Positions 17,265 through 28,210 of a stretch of DNA of 32,000 nt are shown piece by piece. The stretch covers positions 210,001 through 242,000 of the forward strand of contig NZ_CP097765.1 of assembly GCF_023585785.1 (NCBI RefSeq). Reading direction: 5' to 3'. The stretch is from Blochmannia endosymbiont of Camponotus modoc (GTDB taxonomy: Bacteria > Pseudomonadota > Gammaproteobacteria > Enterobacterales > Enterobacteriaceae). The position numbers and the translations under genes are program-made. Below the pieces are notes generated by a model that ran no database searches, was not told where the DNA came from, and saw only the letters and a program-made list of their open reading frames with translations. Position 1 is the first letter of the stretch. Each line of letters starts with the position of its first letter.

Positions 17265-17311
17265 GATGTATATTTATTAACATCGGTTACCGATGTTAAT
17301 AAATATACATC
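17265..17311. repeat. Perfect 47-bp palindrome (23-bp arms around one central T) in the tldD-pmbA spacer
   Basis: gatgtatatttattaacatcggt-t-accgatgttaataaatatacatc, centre at 17288. All 23 pairs were checked by hand. The proximal end is 52 nt upstream of the pmbA start codon, and the element lies about 350 nt downstream of the tldD stop. Confidence 0.9.
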
Positions 17312-17664
17312 ATGATATAAAAAATAAAAATTTGTTTTTTAATTAATGAAAATTCACCAATTAAAAATTATCATAAATATAGTATTTGATAATAATTAAT
17401 AACACGAATATAAGCAATATCATTGAAATTAATATTTCCTGAGATATGAGAAATTAGATGAAAACACGATTACACAATTATATGTCTATGCTTCGGTTCA
17501 AAACATTATAAATTACTATCAGTAATATAGACTATATGTAGTATATATATTTGTTATAGTCAAAGCTCACATATAAATAATAATAATATTTGATAATAAT
17601 TACATTATTATTATTATTTAATTTTTATTACTTAATAATGGGGTATGTATCATGATCAATTGAA

Positions 17665-19128
17665 TTAATTAGTACCTCCAACAGTGATATTATTTAATTT
17701 TATTGTTGGTTGACCGACGCTAACTGGTATGTTTTGTCCATTTTTTATACATGTGCCTACTCCTTTATCTAAGGATAGATCGTTACCAACCATGGAAACA
17801 CTTTTCATGATTTCGATGCCTGATCCTATTAAAGTAGCTCCCTTTATAGATTTGGTGATGCGACCTTTTTCTATTAGGAAAGCTTCAGATGCAGAAAAAA
17901 CAAACTTGCCCGATGTAATATCTACTTGTCCTCCGCTAAAATTTGAAGCATATACTCCGTAATCTACACTGTTGATAATTTCTTCTGGAGTCGATTGACC
18001 TGGCAACATATAAGTATTAGTCATACGCGGCATAGGTAAGGAAGCATATGATTCTCGTCTACCGTTTCCTGTCGAGGTACATCCCATTAGTTTAGCATTT
18101 AGTTTATCCTGCATGTATCCTTGTAAGATACCATTTTTAATTAAAATATTATATTGACCAGGCATTCCTTCATCATCAATAGTTAATGATCCACGTGATC
18201 CCTTCAGTGTAGCATCATCTACTATTGTACATAATTCGGAAGCTACTATTTTTCCGATTTTGTTAGAAAATACCGAACTACCTCTTCTATTAAAATCTCC
18301 TTCTAGACCATGCCCTACCGCTTCATGCAATAAAATACCAGGCCAACCTGATCCCAAAACTACTGTCATAGTTCCTGCTGGAGCTGCTACAGCTTCAAGA
18401 TTAATCAAACTCATTTGAACAGCATCTTTAGCCCAACAGTCGGCTCGAATTTCTCCTTCTGCAATAGTATCATCTAAAAAAAAATCGTACCCAAATCGCC
18501 CACCGCCACCACTTATTCCTTGTTCTCTTTTTCCATCTTGCTCCGATTGCACTAATATAGACAAACGTACTAACGGTCGAACATCTGCGGATAAAGTACC
18601 ATCTGTAGCTGCTACTAAAATTTGCTCGTAAACACCTGATAAATTGGCATTAACTTTTTGTACTCTAGAATCAGCAGCACGTGCTACTTTGTCTATTCTC
18701 ATTAATAGTTCAATTTTTTCGTCTTTAGATATACTAGACAGTGGATTCATATAGGAATATGCAGTAGGATAAATATCTTTATGTTTCTTTAAATCAACAG
18801 TAATATTGTTATTGCAATGACGTTCGTTTGTAATGCTGGTAGCAGCTTGCATGCTACGCATCAATGCATCTAGAGTTAATTGATCAGTGTAAGCAAATCC
18901 AGTTTGTTCGCCTATGATTACTCGCGCACCAGCACCCTGATCTATGGTGTAGGATCCATATTTAATGATACTATCTTCAAGAGCCCATGTTTCATGACAG
19001 CATGATTGAAAATATAGATCTGCGTAATCTATTTGGAATTTTTCTGTCATATCTAATAAATATAAAAGATCATTATGTTGCAAATTATTAGGTGTGAGTA
19101 GTCTTTCAATCACAAAATCTAAGTTCAT
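17665..19128 (-). CDS. tldD: Metalloprotease TldD
   Basis: 487 aa with the HEAVGHGLE zinc-binding motif, collinear over the full length with E. coli TldD. Confidence 0.95.
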   Translation of the reverse strand: MNLDFVIERLLTPNNLQHNDLLYLLDMTEKFQIDYADLYFQSCCHETWALEDSIIKYGSYTIDQGAGARVIIGEQTGFAYTDQLTLDALMRSMQAATSITNERHCNNNITVDLKKHKDIYPTAYSYMNPLSSISKDEKIELLMRIDKVARAADSRVQKVNANLSGVYEQILVAATDGTLSADVRPLVRLSILVQSEQDGKREQGISGGGGRFGYDFFLDDTIAEGEIRADCWAKDAVQMSLINLEAVAAPAGTMTVVLGSGWPGILLHEAVGHGLEGDFNRRGSSVFSNKIGKIVASELCTIVDDATLKGSRGSLTIDDEGMPGQYNILIKNGILQGYMQDKLNAKLMGCTSTGNGRRESYASLPMPRMTNTYMLPGQSTPEEIINSVDYGVYASNFSGGQVDITSGKFVFSASEAFLIEKGRITKSIKGATLIGSGIEIMKSVSMVGNDLSLDKGVGTCIKNGQNIPVSVGQPTIKLNNITVGGTN

Positions 19129-19658
19129 ATAACCTCTATTTAAAATATGATACTAGTATATACCCCGCCAATTTGGCAAGAATTTTTAAAATATGTACTT
19201 TTAATAATTTTATATGTTTTTATTTAAGTTCTATTTAATATTGGTTAATGTTATGATATGCTTGTGTTCTTTTATTTTGAGATACTTTAATATCATTAAA
19301 ACATACTGATTTTTCAGTATATTTATACTAAATTAAATACTTTATCAGTCTTATTTTTTCTTACGCACGTGCATACACATATATGCATATTTTTAATTAA
19401 ATGATCTTAATAAGATAGCGCTTATAATTCATTAAATCAATTAAAGATTTATATTTATTTAACTGTAATGATTCTCTTTTTATAGAAAAAATACAATATT
19501 TAATTTCTATTTAAAACTTTCATGACATTACTTAGATAGTGTTGTTGGTAGTAATTTTAATTTTTTATAAGTTTATATATATTTATATTTATTCAACTGA
19601 GATAATTATTCGATGTTAATTATTACTATTAGTATTTTAAAAATCATCAATTATTAAA

Positions 19659-20138
19659 TTAGTTTCGATGGATTTTATGCATTAAAAGAACTAAAAATGG
19701 CCATGTTCCGCCATCTAATAGGCAATTCCAAAAAATTTCTGGTGTACATAAAACTTTGGTTATCAAAAATTTTACTAAAAATATAATACTTTGATTAATG
19801 AACGAAAAAAATATGATAATAAAAGACTGTTGCCAAATAGGCATGTATCTAAAAAAATAAATGTTTCGGCTTACTAAATAAGCAAGTATACTCAAAGATA
19901 AAGAGTGTATTCCTAAAGTAGAGCCTAGTATAATATCAATTATTAATCCTACAGTAAATCCAGTACCGATGTTTACCTGATTTGGAAGTATCGTAATCCA
20001 ACGAATCAACAATATCATTGTCCAGGATGGATGCACATTCCATATTCGAGGATAAAAGGGAATAATTTGTAAAAAAATTGCAATTATAAAAGAACTGTAT
20101 ACTACCCACAGTTTATAGCTGTTGAATTTATTGTGCAT
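19659..20138 (-). CDS. mreD: Rod shape-determining protein MreD
   Basis: Polytopic membrane protein collinear with E. coli MreD (162 aa) from MHNKFNSYKLWVVYSSFIIAIFLQIIP onward. The ORF is open upstream to ATG 20204 (181 aa), but those 22 extra residues have no MreD counterpart. Start choice is uncertain. Confidence 0.85.
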   Translation of the reverse strand: MHNKFNSYKLWVVYSSFIIAIFLQIIPFYPRIWNVHPSWTMILLIRWITILPNQVNIGTGFTVGLIIDIILGSTLGIHSLSLSILAYLVSRNIYFFRYMPIWQQSFIIIFFSFINQSIIFLVKFLITKVLCTPEIFWNCLLDGGTWPFLVLLMHKIHRN

Positions 20139-20252
20139 TTTTTTCAAGTTGTTTATATTGCAAATATAATTATGTTGAATAACATATTTATATATATTAA
20201 TCATTATTAATAATGGATTTAATAGATAAACATTTGAATATTAATTTCAGAA

Positions 20253-21068
20253 CTATTCCCAAATTAATACTGCATAACATAAAGATTGTAATTTAACTGT
20301 TGGATGTGCTTGAATGATAGTTGAATCTTGTTCTGAATCTACCATTATATTAGACACGATTGCTACTGGATATCCTTCCGGGAAACGACCATCTAATCCA
20401 GATGTTATCAACATGTCACCAACACATACATCCAGATATCCTGGATATTCTGCACGCAAATCTGCTCCATATCCACAGCCCATTAAAATAAAACGCATAT
20501 TATTACGCTTTATTTGTACCGGTAAAGCGTGTTCAGGATCACAAATTAACATGACACGGCTACTAAGTGTATTGGTAGAAATGACTTGTCCTATTATTCC
20601 TGCATCAGTGATAACTGGTTGACCAATGTAAATATTATTATTTTTGCCTTGGTTTATTGTAACTTTATTACCGTATGAATCTGCGTTAACAAAAAGAATT
20701 CTGGCAATTATTTTTCGTTTGTCGTAACACATAGGAGAATTAAGTAATTCATGTAACTTGCAATTTTCACGTTTATACTGGTCTATTAATAATAATTCAC
20801 TGTTTTTTAAAAATAACTCTTGACGCAATGTATTATTTTCCAATATTAATTCATTATACCCTTCTAACACTTTTGTGGTATAATCATATATGTTACGTGA
20901 CTTATCGCATAAATAATAAAACAAATAAACAGAATTGTCTATGTAACTTCTTAATTTTAAAAACATATTTAATTTTCCATCGGCAATAATAATAACAACA
21001 GACATTATTATTGCCAAAAACAAACGTAATTCTAAATAAGGAAATTTATTACTTACAGCGCTATACAT
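20253..21068 (-). CDS. mreC: Rod shape-determining protein MreC (lacks the Pro/Ala-rich C-terminal tail of E. coli MreC)
   Basis: 271 aa. N-terminal TM segment, coiled-coil ELILENNTLRQELFLKNSELLLIDQYKREN, then beta-barrel domains (GQPVITDAGIIGQV, TSGLDGRFPEGYPVA). It ends where the E. coli protein continues into its disordered tail. Confidence 0.9.
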   Translation of the reverse strand: MYSAVSNKFPYLELRLFLAIIMSVVIIIADGKLNMFLKLRSYIDNSVYLFYYLCDKSRNIYDYTTKVLEGYNELILENNTLRQELFLKNSELLLIDQYKRENCKLHELLNSPMCYDKRKIIARILFVNADSYGNKVTINQGKNNNIYIGQPVITDAGIIGQVISTNTLSSRVMLICDPEHALPVQIKRNNMRFILMGCGYGADLRAEYPGYLDVCVGDMLITSGLDGRFPEGYPVAIVSNIMVDSEQDSTIIQAHPTVKLQSLCYAVLIWE

Positions 21069-21188
21069 GGAAAGATACCTTGAGTTTAAAAAAATATTAA
21101 TTAATATATATTACAAAAGGAATTTATTTTAATTTATATGATTTTATCAACTTAAAATTATAAAAAATTATTCTATAGCGCTTTAAAA

Positions 21189-22238
<1,050 letters not shown>

Positions 22239-22534
22239 CTAAAATAGTATTATAATTTTTCTTTAAATTATTCATTCTTTATTAAGTCCTCTCGAAAAAC
22301 AATAAAATAAAATGATTACACAATATCACTGAACATATTTTAAGTTATTGTGTTTAAAATATTACATATTATTTAATATTTTGTATTTATTTAATATAAA
22401 AATTAAGATTTTAACTACATAAAAATGTTTATATTATAATACATAATATAAACATATTGCATGACGAATATAATTATATATGTGTATTGCAAATTTATAC
22501 TTGTGCACTATATAAACAATACCATATAATATTA

Positions 22535-22579
22535 TTATAGATACTTTCTATACTTATAGATACTTTCTATACTTATAGA
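22535..22579. repeat. Tandem direct repeat, 19-bp unit x about 2.4
   Basis: tatagatactttctatact (22536-22554) is repeated exactly at 22555-22573. A partial third copy tataga follows at 22574-22579. Each unit contains the small inverted pair ataga...tctat. It lies in the divergent mreB/aroQ spacer. Confidence 0.85.
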
Positions 22580-22801
22580 AAAATTACAACTACCTGTTTT
22601 ATTGAAAAAATTGTAGTTCAATATTATAATAATAGTATTAAAAAAGAAATTGTTTATTGCGTTAATACTGCGCATAATAGTTATTTTGATTAATAAAAAG
22701 TTAAAAATGTACAACACAGTCATGTAATATTAGTGTCATTAGTCTTGACCTATAAAATAGTAAATACATGCATTATGTAATTATGATGATTTTTCTATGA
22801 A

Positions 22802-22842
22802 ATATATTATGAATAAGAAATTTTTTCTTATTCATAATATAT
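22802..22842. repeat. Perfect inverted repeat, 19-bp arms with a 3-nt spacer, upstream of aroQ
   Basis: atatattatgaataagaaa-ttt-tttcttattcataatatat (22802-22820 / 22824-22842), checked pair by pair. It lies about 80-90 nt upstream of the aroQ start. Confidence 0.85.
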
Positions 22843-22931
22843 AGGCAACACTCGTTAAATATTAAATATCATGATATGCATGAGTTACAATTGTATACTG
22901 TATGTTAAATTGATGAGGATATTTGAATATC

Positions 22932-23390
22932 ATGGTAAATACATTTCGTATTTTATTGATAAACGGACCTAATTTAAATTTTTTAGGCACACGTGAACCA
23001 CATATATATGGATGTGAAGCTTTATCTGATGTTGTAGCAAATTTGTATAAAATCTCTGAATCTTTAGGTATGCATATGGATCACTTTCAATCTAATGCAG
23101 AACATGAATTGATTGAATGTATACATAAAAGTTACAAAAATGCGGATTTCATCATAATTAACCCCGCAGCGTTTACTCATACTAGTATAGCGTTGCGAGA
23201 TGCATTTTTATCCGTGAACATTGCTTTTATCGAAATTCATCTTTCTAATATATATATCCGAGAAAAATTTCGATATCGTTCGTATTTGTCTGATATTGCA
23301 CTTGGTGTTATTTGTGGATTTGGAGTATATGGATATCATTGTGCTTTACATATGGCGCATAAATATTTATCCAAAAAAATTAATGAATGA
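22932..23390 (+). CDS. aroQ: 3-dehydroquinate dehydratase, type II
   Basis: [44 protein letters not shown] and IEIHLSNI motifs of type II DHQase. ATG 22932 gives an N-terminal length typical of the family. The ORF track uses TTG 22923, which has better spacing to a GAGGA Shine-Dalgarno, so the start is uncertain by 9 nt. Confidence 0.92.
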   Translation: MVNTFRILLINGPNLNFLGTREPHIYGCEALSDVVANLYKISESLGMHMDHFQSNAEHELIECIHKSYKNADFIIINPAAFTHTSIALRDAFLSVNIAFIEIHLSNIYIREKFRYRSYLSDIALGVICGFGVYGYHCALHMAHKYLSKKINE

Positions 23391-23411
23391 TAGATACACA
23401 TAGGTTTTGTT

Positions 23412-23864
23412 ATGGATATTCGTAAAATAAAAAAATTAATTACATTGATTGAAGAATCAAATATATCTAAGTTAGAAATCTCTGAAGGAAATAAAATAGT
23501 ACGTATTACTCGTTCTACATCTAAAACATCGTCTGACTCAACGCGGTTGCCTACGACAAAAGAATCGGAAATACCAGTATGTATTGCAAATACAGAAACA
23601 CGTTATGAAAATGTTAAATTAATAGATAATGGACATGTTATACGTTCTCCAATGGTAGGTATCTTTTACATTGCTTCTAGTTCAGATTCTAATCCGTTTG
23701 TATCAATAGGTCAAACGGTTGAAGTTGGCGATACTTTATGTATTGTTGAAGCTATGAAAGTGATGAATCAAATTCAATCAGATAAATCAGGTGTAGTCAA
23801 AGCAATTTTGATTGATAACGGTCAACCGGTCGAATTTAATGAGCCATTACTCATCATCGAATAA
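23412..23864 (+). CDS. accB: Biotin carboxyl carrier protein of acetyl-CoA carboxylase
   Basis: 150 aa. [10 protein letters not shown]... N-terminus and C-terminal biotinyl domain with [12 protein letters not shown] (biotinylated Lys in the AMK motif). Confidence 0.95.
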   Translation: MDIRKIKKLITLIEESNISKLEISEGNKIVRITRSTSKTSSDSTRLPTTKESEIPVCIANTETRYENVKLIDNGHVIRSPMVGIFYIASSSDSNPFVSIGQTVEVGDTLCIVEAMKVMNQIQSDKSGVVKAILIDNGQPVEFNEPLLIIE

Positions 23865-23874
23865 CGAGCACAGA

Positions 23875-25230
23875 ATGTTAGAAAAAATTGTCATTGCAAA
23901 TAGAGGAGAAATAGCGTTGCGCATTTTGCGCGCATGTAAAGAGTTAGGGATAAAAACAGTGGCTGTGCATTCAACCATAGATCGTGATTTGAAGCACGTG
24001 TTGTTGGCCGATGAAACTGTTTGTATAGGACCTCCACCTGCAATACATAGTTATTTAAATATTCCAGCTATTATTTCAGCTGCAGAAATTACTGGATCAT
24101 CAGGAATTCATCCTGGTTATGGATTTTTATCAGAAAACGCTGACTTTGCAGAACAAGTTGAACGTTCCGGTTTTGTTTTTATTGGGCCGCGTTCAGAAAC
24201 TATTCGTTTAATGGGAAATAAAATATCTGCTATAGCTATTATGAAAGAATCAGGAATAATGACTGTTCCAGGGTGGGATTATGAACTAAATAAAAACATA
24301 AATAACAAAATTTATAATTTTTCACATCAAAATTTACACATTAATTATCCAATTATCATAAAATCTGCTCATGGAGGAGGAGGACGTGGCATGTGTGTAG
24401 TTAAAAAAGAATCAGATTTAAAAGATGCTATACGCACGATACGAGCAGAATCAAAAAACACGTTTAATAATGATACTATTTATGCAGAACAATACTTGCC
24501 ACATCCTAGACATATAGAAATACAAGTGTTATCGGATGGAAAAGGCAATATAATTTACTTGACAGAACGTGATTGTTCTGTACAAAGAAAACATCAAAAG
24601 ATAGTAGAGGAGAGTCCTGCGTTAGGTATTAGCTCTGCAATGCGGAAATATATAGGAGAGAGCTGTGTAAAGGTTTGTTACAAAATTGGATATCGTGGGG
24701 TAGGTACATTTGAATTTTTATATGAGAATAATGAATTTTTTTTCATTGAAATGAATACTCGTATTCAAGTGGAACATCCTATTACAGAAATGATTACCGG
24801 GATAGATCTCATTAGAGAGCAACTAAGAATTGCCTCTGGATATACATTAGACATCACACAAGATTCAGTTAAATCTGAAGGACATGCTATAGAATGCCGC
24901 ATTAATGCTGAAGATCCTCATAACTTTATACCTAGTTCAGGATGTATTACTAGGTTCCACGCTCCTGGAGGATTAGGTGTGCGTTGGGAATCTCATATTT
25001 ATTCTGGCTACTCGGTACCTCCTTATTATGATGGAATGATAGGAAAATTAATTTGCTTTGGGGAAACACGCGATATAGCTATTGCTCGTATGAAAAATGC
25101 GTTATCAGAGTTAATTATCGATGGAATAAATACCAATATTGAGTTACAATTAAAAATTATAACCGATGAGATCTTTCAAAAAGGTAATGAAATTAATATT
25201 CATTATTTAGAAAATAAACTTAATATTTAA
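23875..25230 (+). CDS. accC: Biotin carboxylase subunit of acetyl-CoA carboxylase
   Basis: [33 protein letters not shown]... is collinear with E. coli AccC (about 450 aa), including the ATP-grasp module and the [14 protein letters not shown] motif. The ORF-track start 23812 overlaps accB and adds 21 residues with no homology, so ATG 23875 is preferred. Confidence 0.95.
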   Translation: MLEKIVIANRGEIALRILRACKELGIKTVAVHSTIDRDLKHVLLADETVCIGPPPAIHSYLNIPAIISAAEITGSSGIHPGYGFLSENADFAEQVERSGFVFIGPRSETIRLMGNKISAIAIMKESGIMTVPGWDYELNKNINNKIYNFSHQNLHINYPIIIKSAHGGGGRGMCVVKKESDLKDAIRTIRAESKNTFNNDTIYAEQYLPHPRHIEIQVLSDGKGNIIYLTERDCSVQRKHQKIVEESPALGISSAMRKYIGESCVKVCYKIGYRGVGTFEFLYENNEFFFIEMNTRIQVEHPITEMITGIDLIREQLRIASGYTLDITQDSVKSEGHAIECRINAEDPHNFIPSSGCITRFHAPGGLGVRWESHIYSGYSVPPYYDGMIGKLICFGETRDIAIARMKNALSELIIDGINTNIELQLKIITDEIFQKGNEINIHYLENKLNI

Positions 25231-25334
25231 ATAATTAGAAAAAAAGTATATATTTTTTCATATAAAGGTGATTGTTGATCTTTAATTAAGAGAATAACAT
25301 ATATTCTTAAGCATTAAAAATTAATGTACGTAAT

Positions 25335-25952
25335 TTATACTATTAATTTAATAAAATAAACATTAAAAATTAAAAAAACATTTGTATATTTTGTATAACC
25401 ATATGTTCTTATCATATTTGGTAAAAATGCTAAACTTTCTATAATCCAATTTGCTGTTTTTTTAGTTTTTTTTGTTATTTTTTTACCGCTACGTACTAGC
25501 ACTTTAGTTCCAATGCCTGCTAATTGGCCCGCTAACATATCGTTTTCAGTATCTCCTACCATATAAGAAGTAGTCATGTTAATGTTAAAACGTTTTTTTG
25601 CATCTAATAACATTCCCGGGTTAGGTTTGCGACACAAACAAGCTCGTTGAAATTTTTTCACTATTCCTTGTTTATGATGCGGACAAAAATAAATAGCATC
25701 TATATACACATGGCAATATATCCCCAAATAAGAAATCATCCATTTTGTTAGCAATAAGAAGTCATCTTGAGTAAATAAACCTCGTGCTATTCCAGATTGA
25801 TTAGTAACTATGATTAAAAAAAAATTCATTTCTTTCAAAGTTACCATTGCATCTATGACATTATCAATGAAAAAAAAATTATCAATATTATGCACATAGT
25901 TCTTATTAATATTAATAGTGCCATCTCGATCTATAAATATAGCATTATTCAC
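25335..25952 (-). CDS. gmhB: D-glycero-beta-D-manno-heptose-1,7-bisphosphate 7-phosphatase
   Basis: 205 aa. HAD motif I FIDRDGTIN, VTNQSGIARG, the zinc-binding segment CPHH...C.CRKPNPGML, and MVGDTENDM. The start codon read from the sequence is GTG (25950-25952). A roughly 15-aa hydrophobic C-terminal extension relative to E. coli GmhB suggests stop-codon drift. Confidence 0.88.
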   Translation of the reverse strand: MNNAIFIDRDGTININKNYVHNIDNFFFIDNVIDAMVTLKEMNFFLIIVTNQSGIARGLFTQDDFLLLTKWMISYLGIYCHVYIDAIYFCPHHKQGIVKKFQRACLCRKPNPGMLLDAKKRFNINMTTSYMVGDTENDMLAGQLAGIGTKVLVRSGKKITKKTKKTANWIIESLAFLPNMIRTYGYTKYTNVFLIFNVYFIKLIV

Positions 25953-26264
25953 GATGAGCCTTGTATTTATTACTATAATTGTAATTGTTTATTTTGTTAA
26001 ATAATGTTAACAATAAAAATTAATATTATATATAATAACACACAATCATTGATTTTGTGTCAAATGAAAAACAATATTATATTTATATATAAAACCACAT
26101 TAAAGTATATAACTGTATTTTTTTATAAAAAACATTAAATGTGTACTTATAATAGTGTGGTATTAAATCAAAAAATTTAATTCTTTAATTATAAATATAC
26201 TCAAACGACGATTATTATTATTTTTTATTATTACTAATAAACTTTTTCATATCAGGCAAAAATA

Positions 26265-28007
26265 ATGCGTACCAGTCAATATTTATTAGCTACTCTTAAA
26301 GAGGTGCCTAAGAATTGCAAAGCAATTAGCCATCAACTAATGTTACGAGCTGGCTTAATTCGTCAAGTGTCATCTGGTCTTTATACTTGGTTACCCACTG
26401 GATTACGTGTATTACGGAAAATAGAAAATATTATTCGAGAAGAAATGAATAAAATTGGTGCTATTGAAATAGCTATGCCGATAGTTCAACCTGCGAGATT
26501 ATGGAAAAAAAGTGGTCGTTGGACAGGATATGGCACAGAATTATTGCGTTTTAAAAATCGTAATAATCAGGAATTTGTATTAGGACCAACTCATGAAGAA
26601 ATGGTGTCAGAAATTATTTGCAAAGAAACAATGCTTTATAAACAGTTTCCATTAATTGTGTATCAAATTCATACTAAATACCGTGATGAAGCCCGTCCTC
26701 GATCTGGAGTAATACGCGCTAGAGAATTCATTATGAAAGATGGATATTCTTTTCATATCAATCAGAAATCTCTTCAGAACACATATAATAACATGTATCA
26801 AACATATCACACTATTTTTAATCGTATTGGACTAAATTTTTGTGTTGTTCAGGCTGAACCTGGTAGAATCGGGGGGGTATTGTCTCATGAATTTCAAGCA
26901 TATTCTGAAAATGGTGAAGATAGTATCGCGACTCCTATGATACCTGATAATAATTTAATTGACTCCCAGTTATTGAATGATGTGATTCCTATCAAAATAC
27001 AACCAAAAACGGCTGTAGAAACAATGCAATTAATAACAGCTCCTAATATTAGATCTGTAGAAGAATTAATGAATCAGTTTAATCTGCCTATACATCAAGT
27101 TGTAAAAACGATAATTGTACGCGCTAAAAATAAACATATTAATAATGATTATTCTTTGTTAGGACTAGTCATTCGAGCTGATCATCAAATTAGTTTAAAA
27201 AAAATTGCGATGATTCCACAAATACATACCCCTGTATCTTGTGTCGAACCAAAAGAAATCCAAATGATTACTGGAGCACAGCCCAATTTGTTGGGTCCTA
27301 TCAATTTATCTATACCATTGATTGTAGATTATAATGTAGCAAAAATGAACGATTTTGTCGCCGGATCTAATATGAGCGGCAAATATTTTTTTGGGGTTAA
27401 TTGGAATCGTGATATACCATTTTCAAAAGTAGCGGATTTACATGAAGTATTGCATCATAATTCATATATTAATAAAAAAGATATCTTATCCATTCATAAC
27501 TGTATTGAAATAGGACACATATTTCAATTAGGACAAAAATACTTAAACTTGAATACTAATTATTCACAAAAAAATAATGAGCGTAAACATAATTTTTCCG
27601 AAATGGGTTGTTATGGCATAGGAATTACTCGTATTATTGCTGTGATTATTGAACAAAATTATGATAAAAATGGTATTTTATGGCCGGATATAATCGCACC
27701 ATTCAAATTAGCGATTATACCGATTGATATGTATCGTTCTGTTAATGTAAGAAGTATTGCAGAAAAAATTTACACACAACTGTTATCTGTTATAGGAATA
27801 GATATATTAATTGATGATCGTAAAGAATACCCAGGTACAATGTTTTCTGATATAGATTTGATCGGAATACCACATATTCTGATTATTAGTGATCGTAGTT
27901 TAGCTAATCAAGAAGTAGAATATAAATATCGTAAAAAAAATGAAATAAAAAAAATTAAACTTGAAATGTTAATACGTTATTTGATTGAAAAAATTGTTTC
28001 TTCATGA
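26265..28007 (+). CDS. proS: Proline--tRNA ligase
   Basis: 580 aa. MRTSQYLLATLKE... with class II motifs (FRDEARPRSGVIRAREFIMKD, GCYGIGITR) and a central INS editing-domain region, collinear with E. coli ProS. Confidence 0.95.
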   Translation: MRTSQYLLATLKEVPKNCKAISHQLMLRAGLIRQVSSGLYTWLPTGLRVLRKIENIIREEMNKIGAIEIAMPIVQPARLWKKSGRWTGYGTELLRFKNRNNQEFVLGPTHEEMVSEIICKETMLYKQFPLIVYQIHTKYRDEARPRSGVIRAREFIMKDGYSFHINQKSLQNTYNNMYQTYHTIFNRIGLNFCVVQAEPGRIGGVLSHEFQAYSENGEDSIATPMIPDNNLIDSQLLNDVIPIKIQPKTAVETMQLITAPNIRSVEELMNQFNLPIHQVVKTIIVRAKNKHINNDYSLLGLVIRADHQISLKKIAMIPQIHTPVSCVEPKEIQMITGAQPNLLGPINLSIPLIVDYNVAKMNDFVAGSNMSGKYFFGVNWNRDIPFSKVADLHEVLHHNSYINKKDILSIHNCIEIGHIFQLGQKYLNLNTNYSQKNNERKHNFSEMGCYGIGITRIIAVIIEQNYDKNGILWPDIIAPFKLAIIPIDMYRSVNVRSIAEKIYTQLLSVIGIDILIDDRKEYPGTMFSDIDLIGIPHILIISDRSLANQEVEYKYRKKNEIKKIKLEMLIRYLIEKIVSS

Positions 28008-28210
28008 GATTTTTTAATCAATTTTGATTGATAAAATAGTGTTGATATTAAGATTAAAAAATTTGAGTGATATTTAGAGAATATATATGCAATAGTTATG
28101 TTGATTGAAGTTATATCAAATAACTCTGATTATTAAAAATAAAGCAATTTATAAAAACTTATAGTTTTAGGGTTAATTGTTTTATTTAATTAGTTAATAG
28201 ATATGAAAAA

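Noticed and set aside
17383-17602. 16-bp direct repeat tatttgataataatta at 17383-17398 and 17587-17602
   Set aside because: The sequence is all-A/T-dominated. With this composition, several 16-mer coincidences are expected among the spacers of a 32-kb window, and nothing else supports a functional or mobile element.
20139-20204. 22-codon N-terminal extension of mreD (longest ORF)
   Set aside because: It has no counterpart in MreD homologues, and the protein from Met-23 matches E. coli MreD in length and alignment. Neither start has a clear Shine-Dalgarno, so the longer form cannot be excluded.
22425-22455. 13-bp hairpin atgtttatattat-aatac-ataatataaacat in the mreB/aroQ spacer
   Set aside because: My rough expectation for 13-bp arms with a small loop in this window is of order 0.4, so it cannot be distinguished from chance without comparative data.
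22535-22579. Possible CRISPR array, tested because of the exact short repeats
   Set aside because: The copies are directly abutting with no spacers. There are only about 2.4 units of 19 bp, and there are no cas genes in the window. It is a simple tandem duplication.
22535-22723. 62-aa minus-strand ORF in the mreB/aroQ spacer
   Set aside because: The translation is low-complexity and Ile/Asn/Phe-rich, and it runs through the 19-bp tandem repeat. There is no Shine-Dalgarno and no homology. It is most likely a chance ORF in AT-rich DNA.
22883-22910. dif-like sequence (..tgtatgttaaat resembles the XerD arm TTATGTTAAAT of E. coli dif)
   Set aside because: Only 17 of 28 positions match when aligned to the E. 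coli dif consensus as I recall it. The XerC arm and central region do not match, and the AT-rich half-site alone is weak evidence.
23221-23403. 60-aa plus-strand ORF overlapping the 3' half of aroQ in another frame
   Set aside because: It is out of frame with the conserved aroQ reading frame and has no supporting signals or homology.
23812-23874. Upstream extension of accC overlapping the 3' end of accB (ORF-track start 23812)
   Set aside because: The 21 extra residues ([21 protein letters not shown]) have no AccC counterpart. The conserved N-terminus [14 protein letters not shown] begins at ATG 23875, right after the accB stop.
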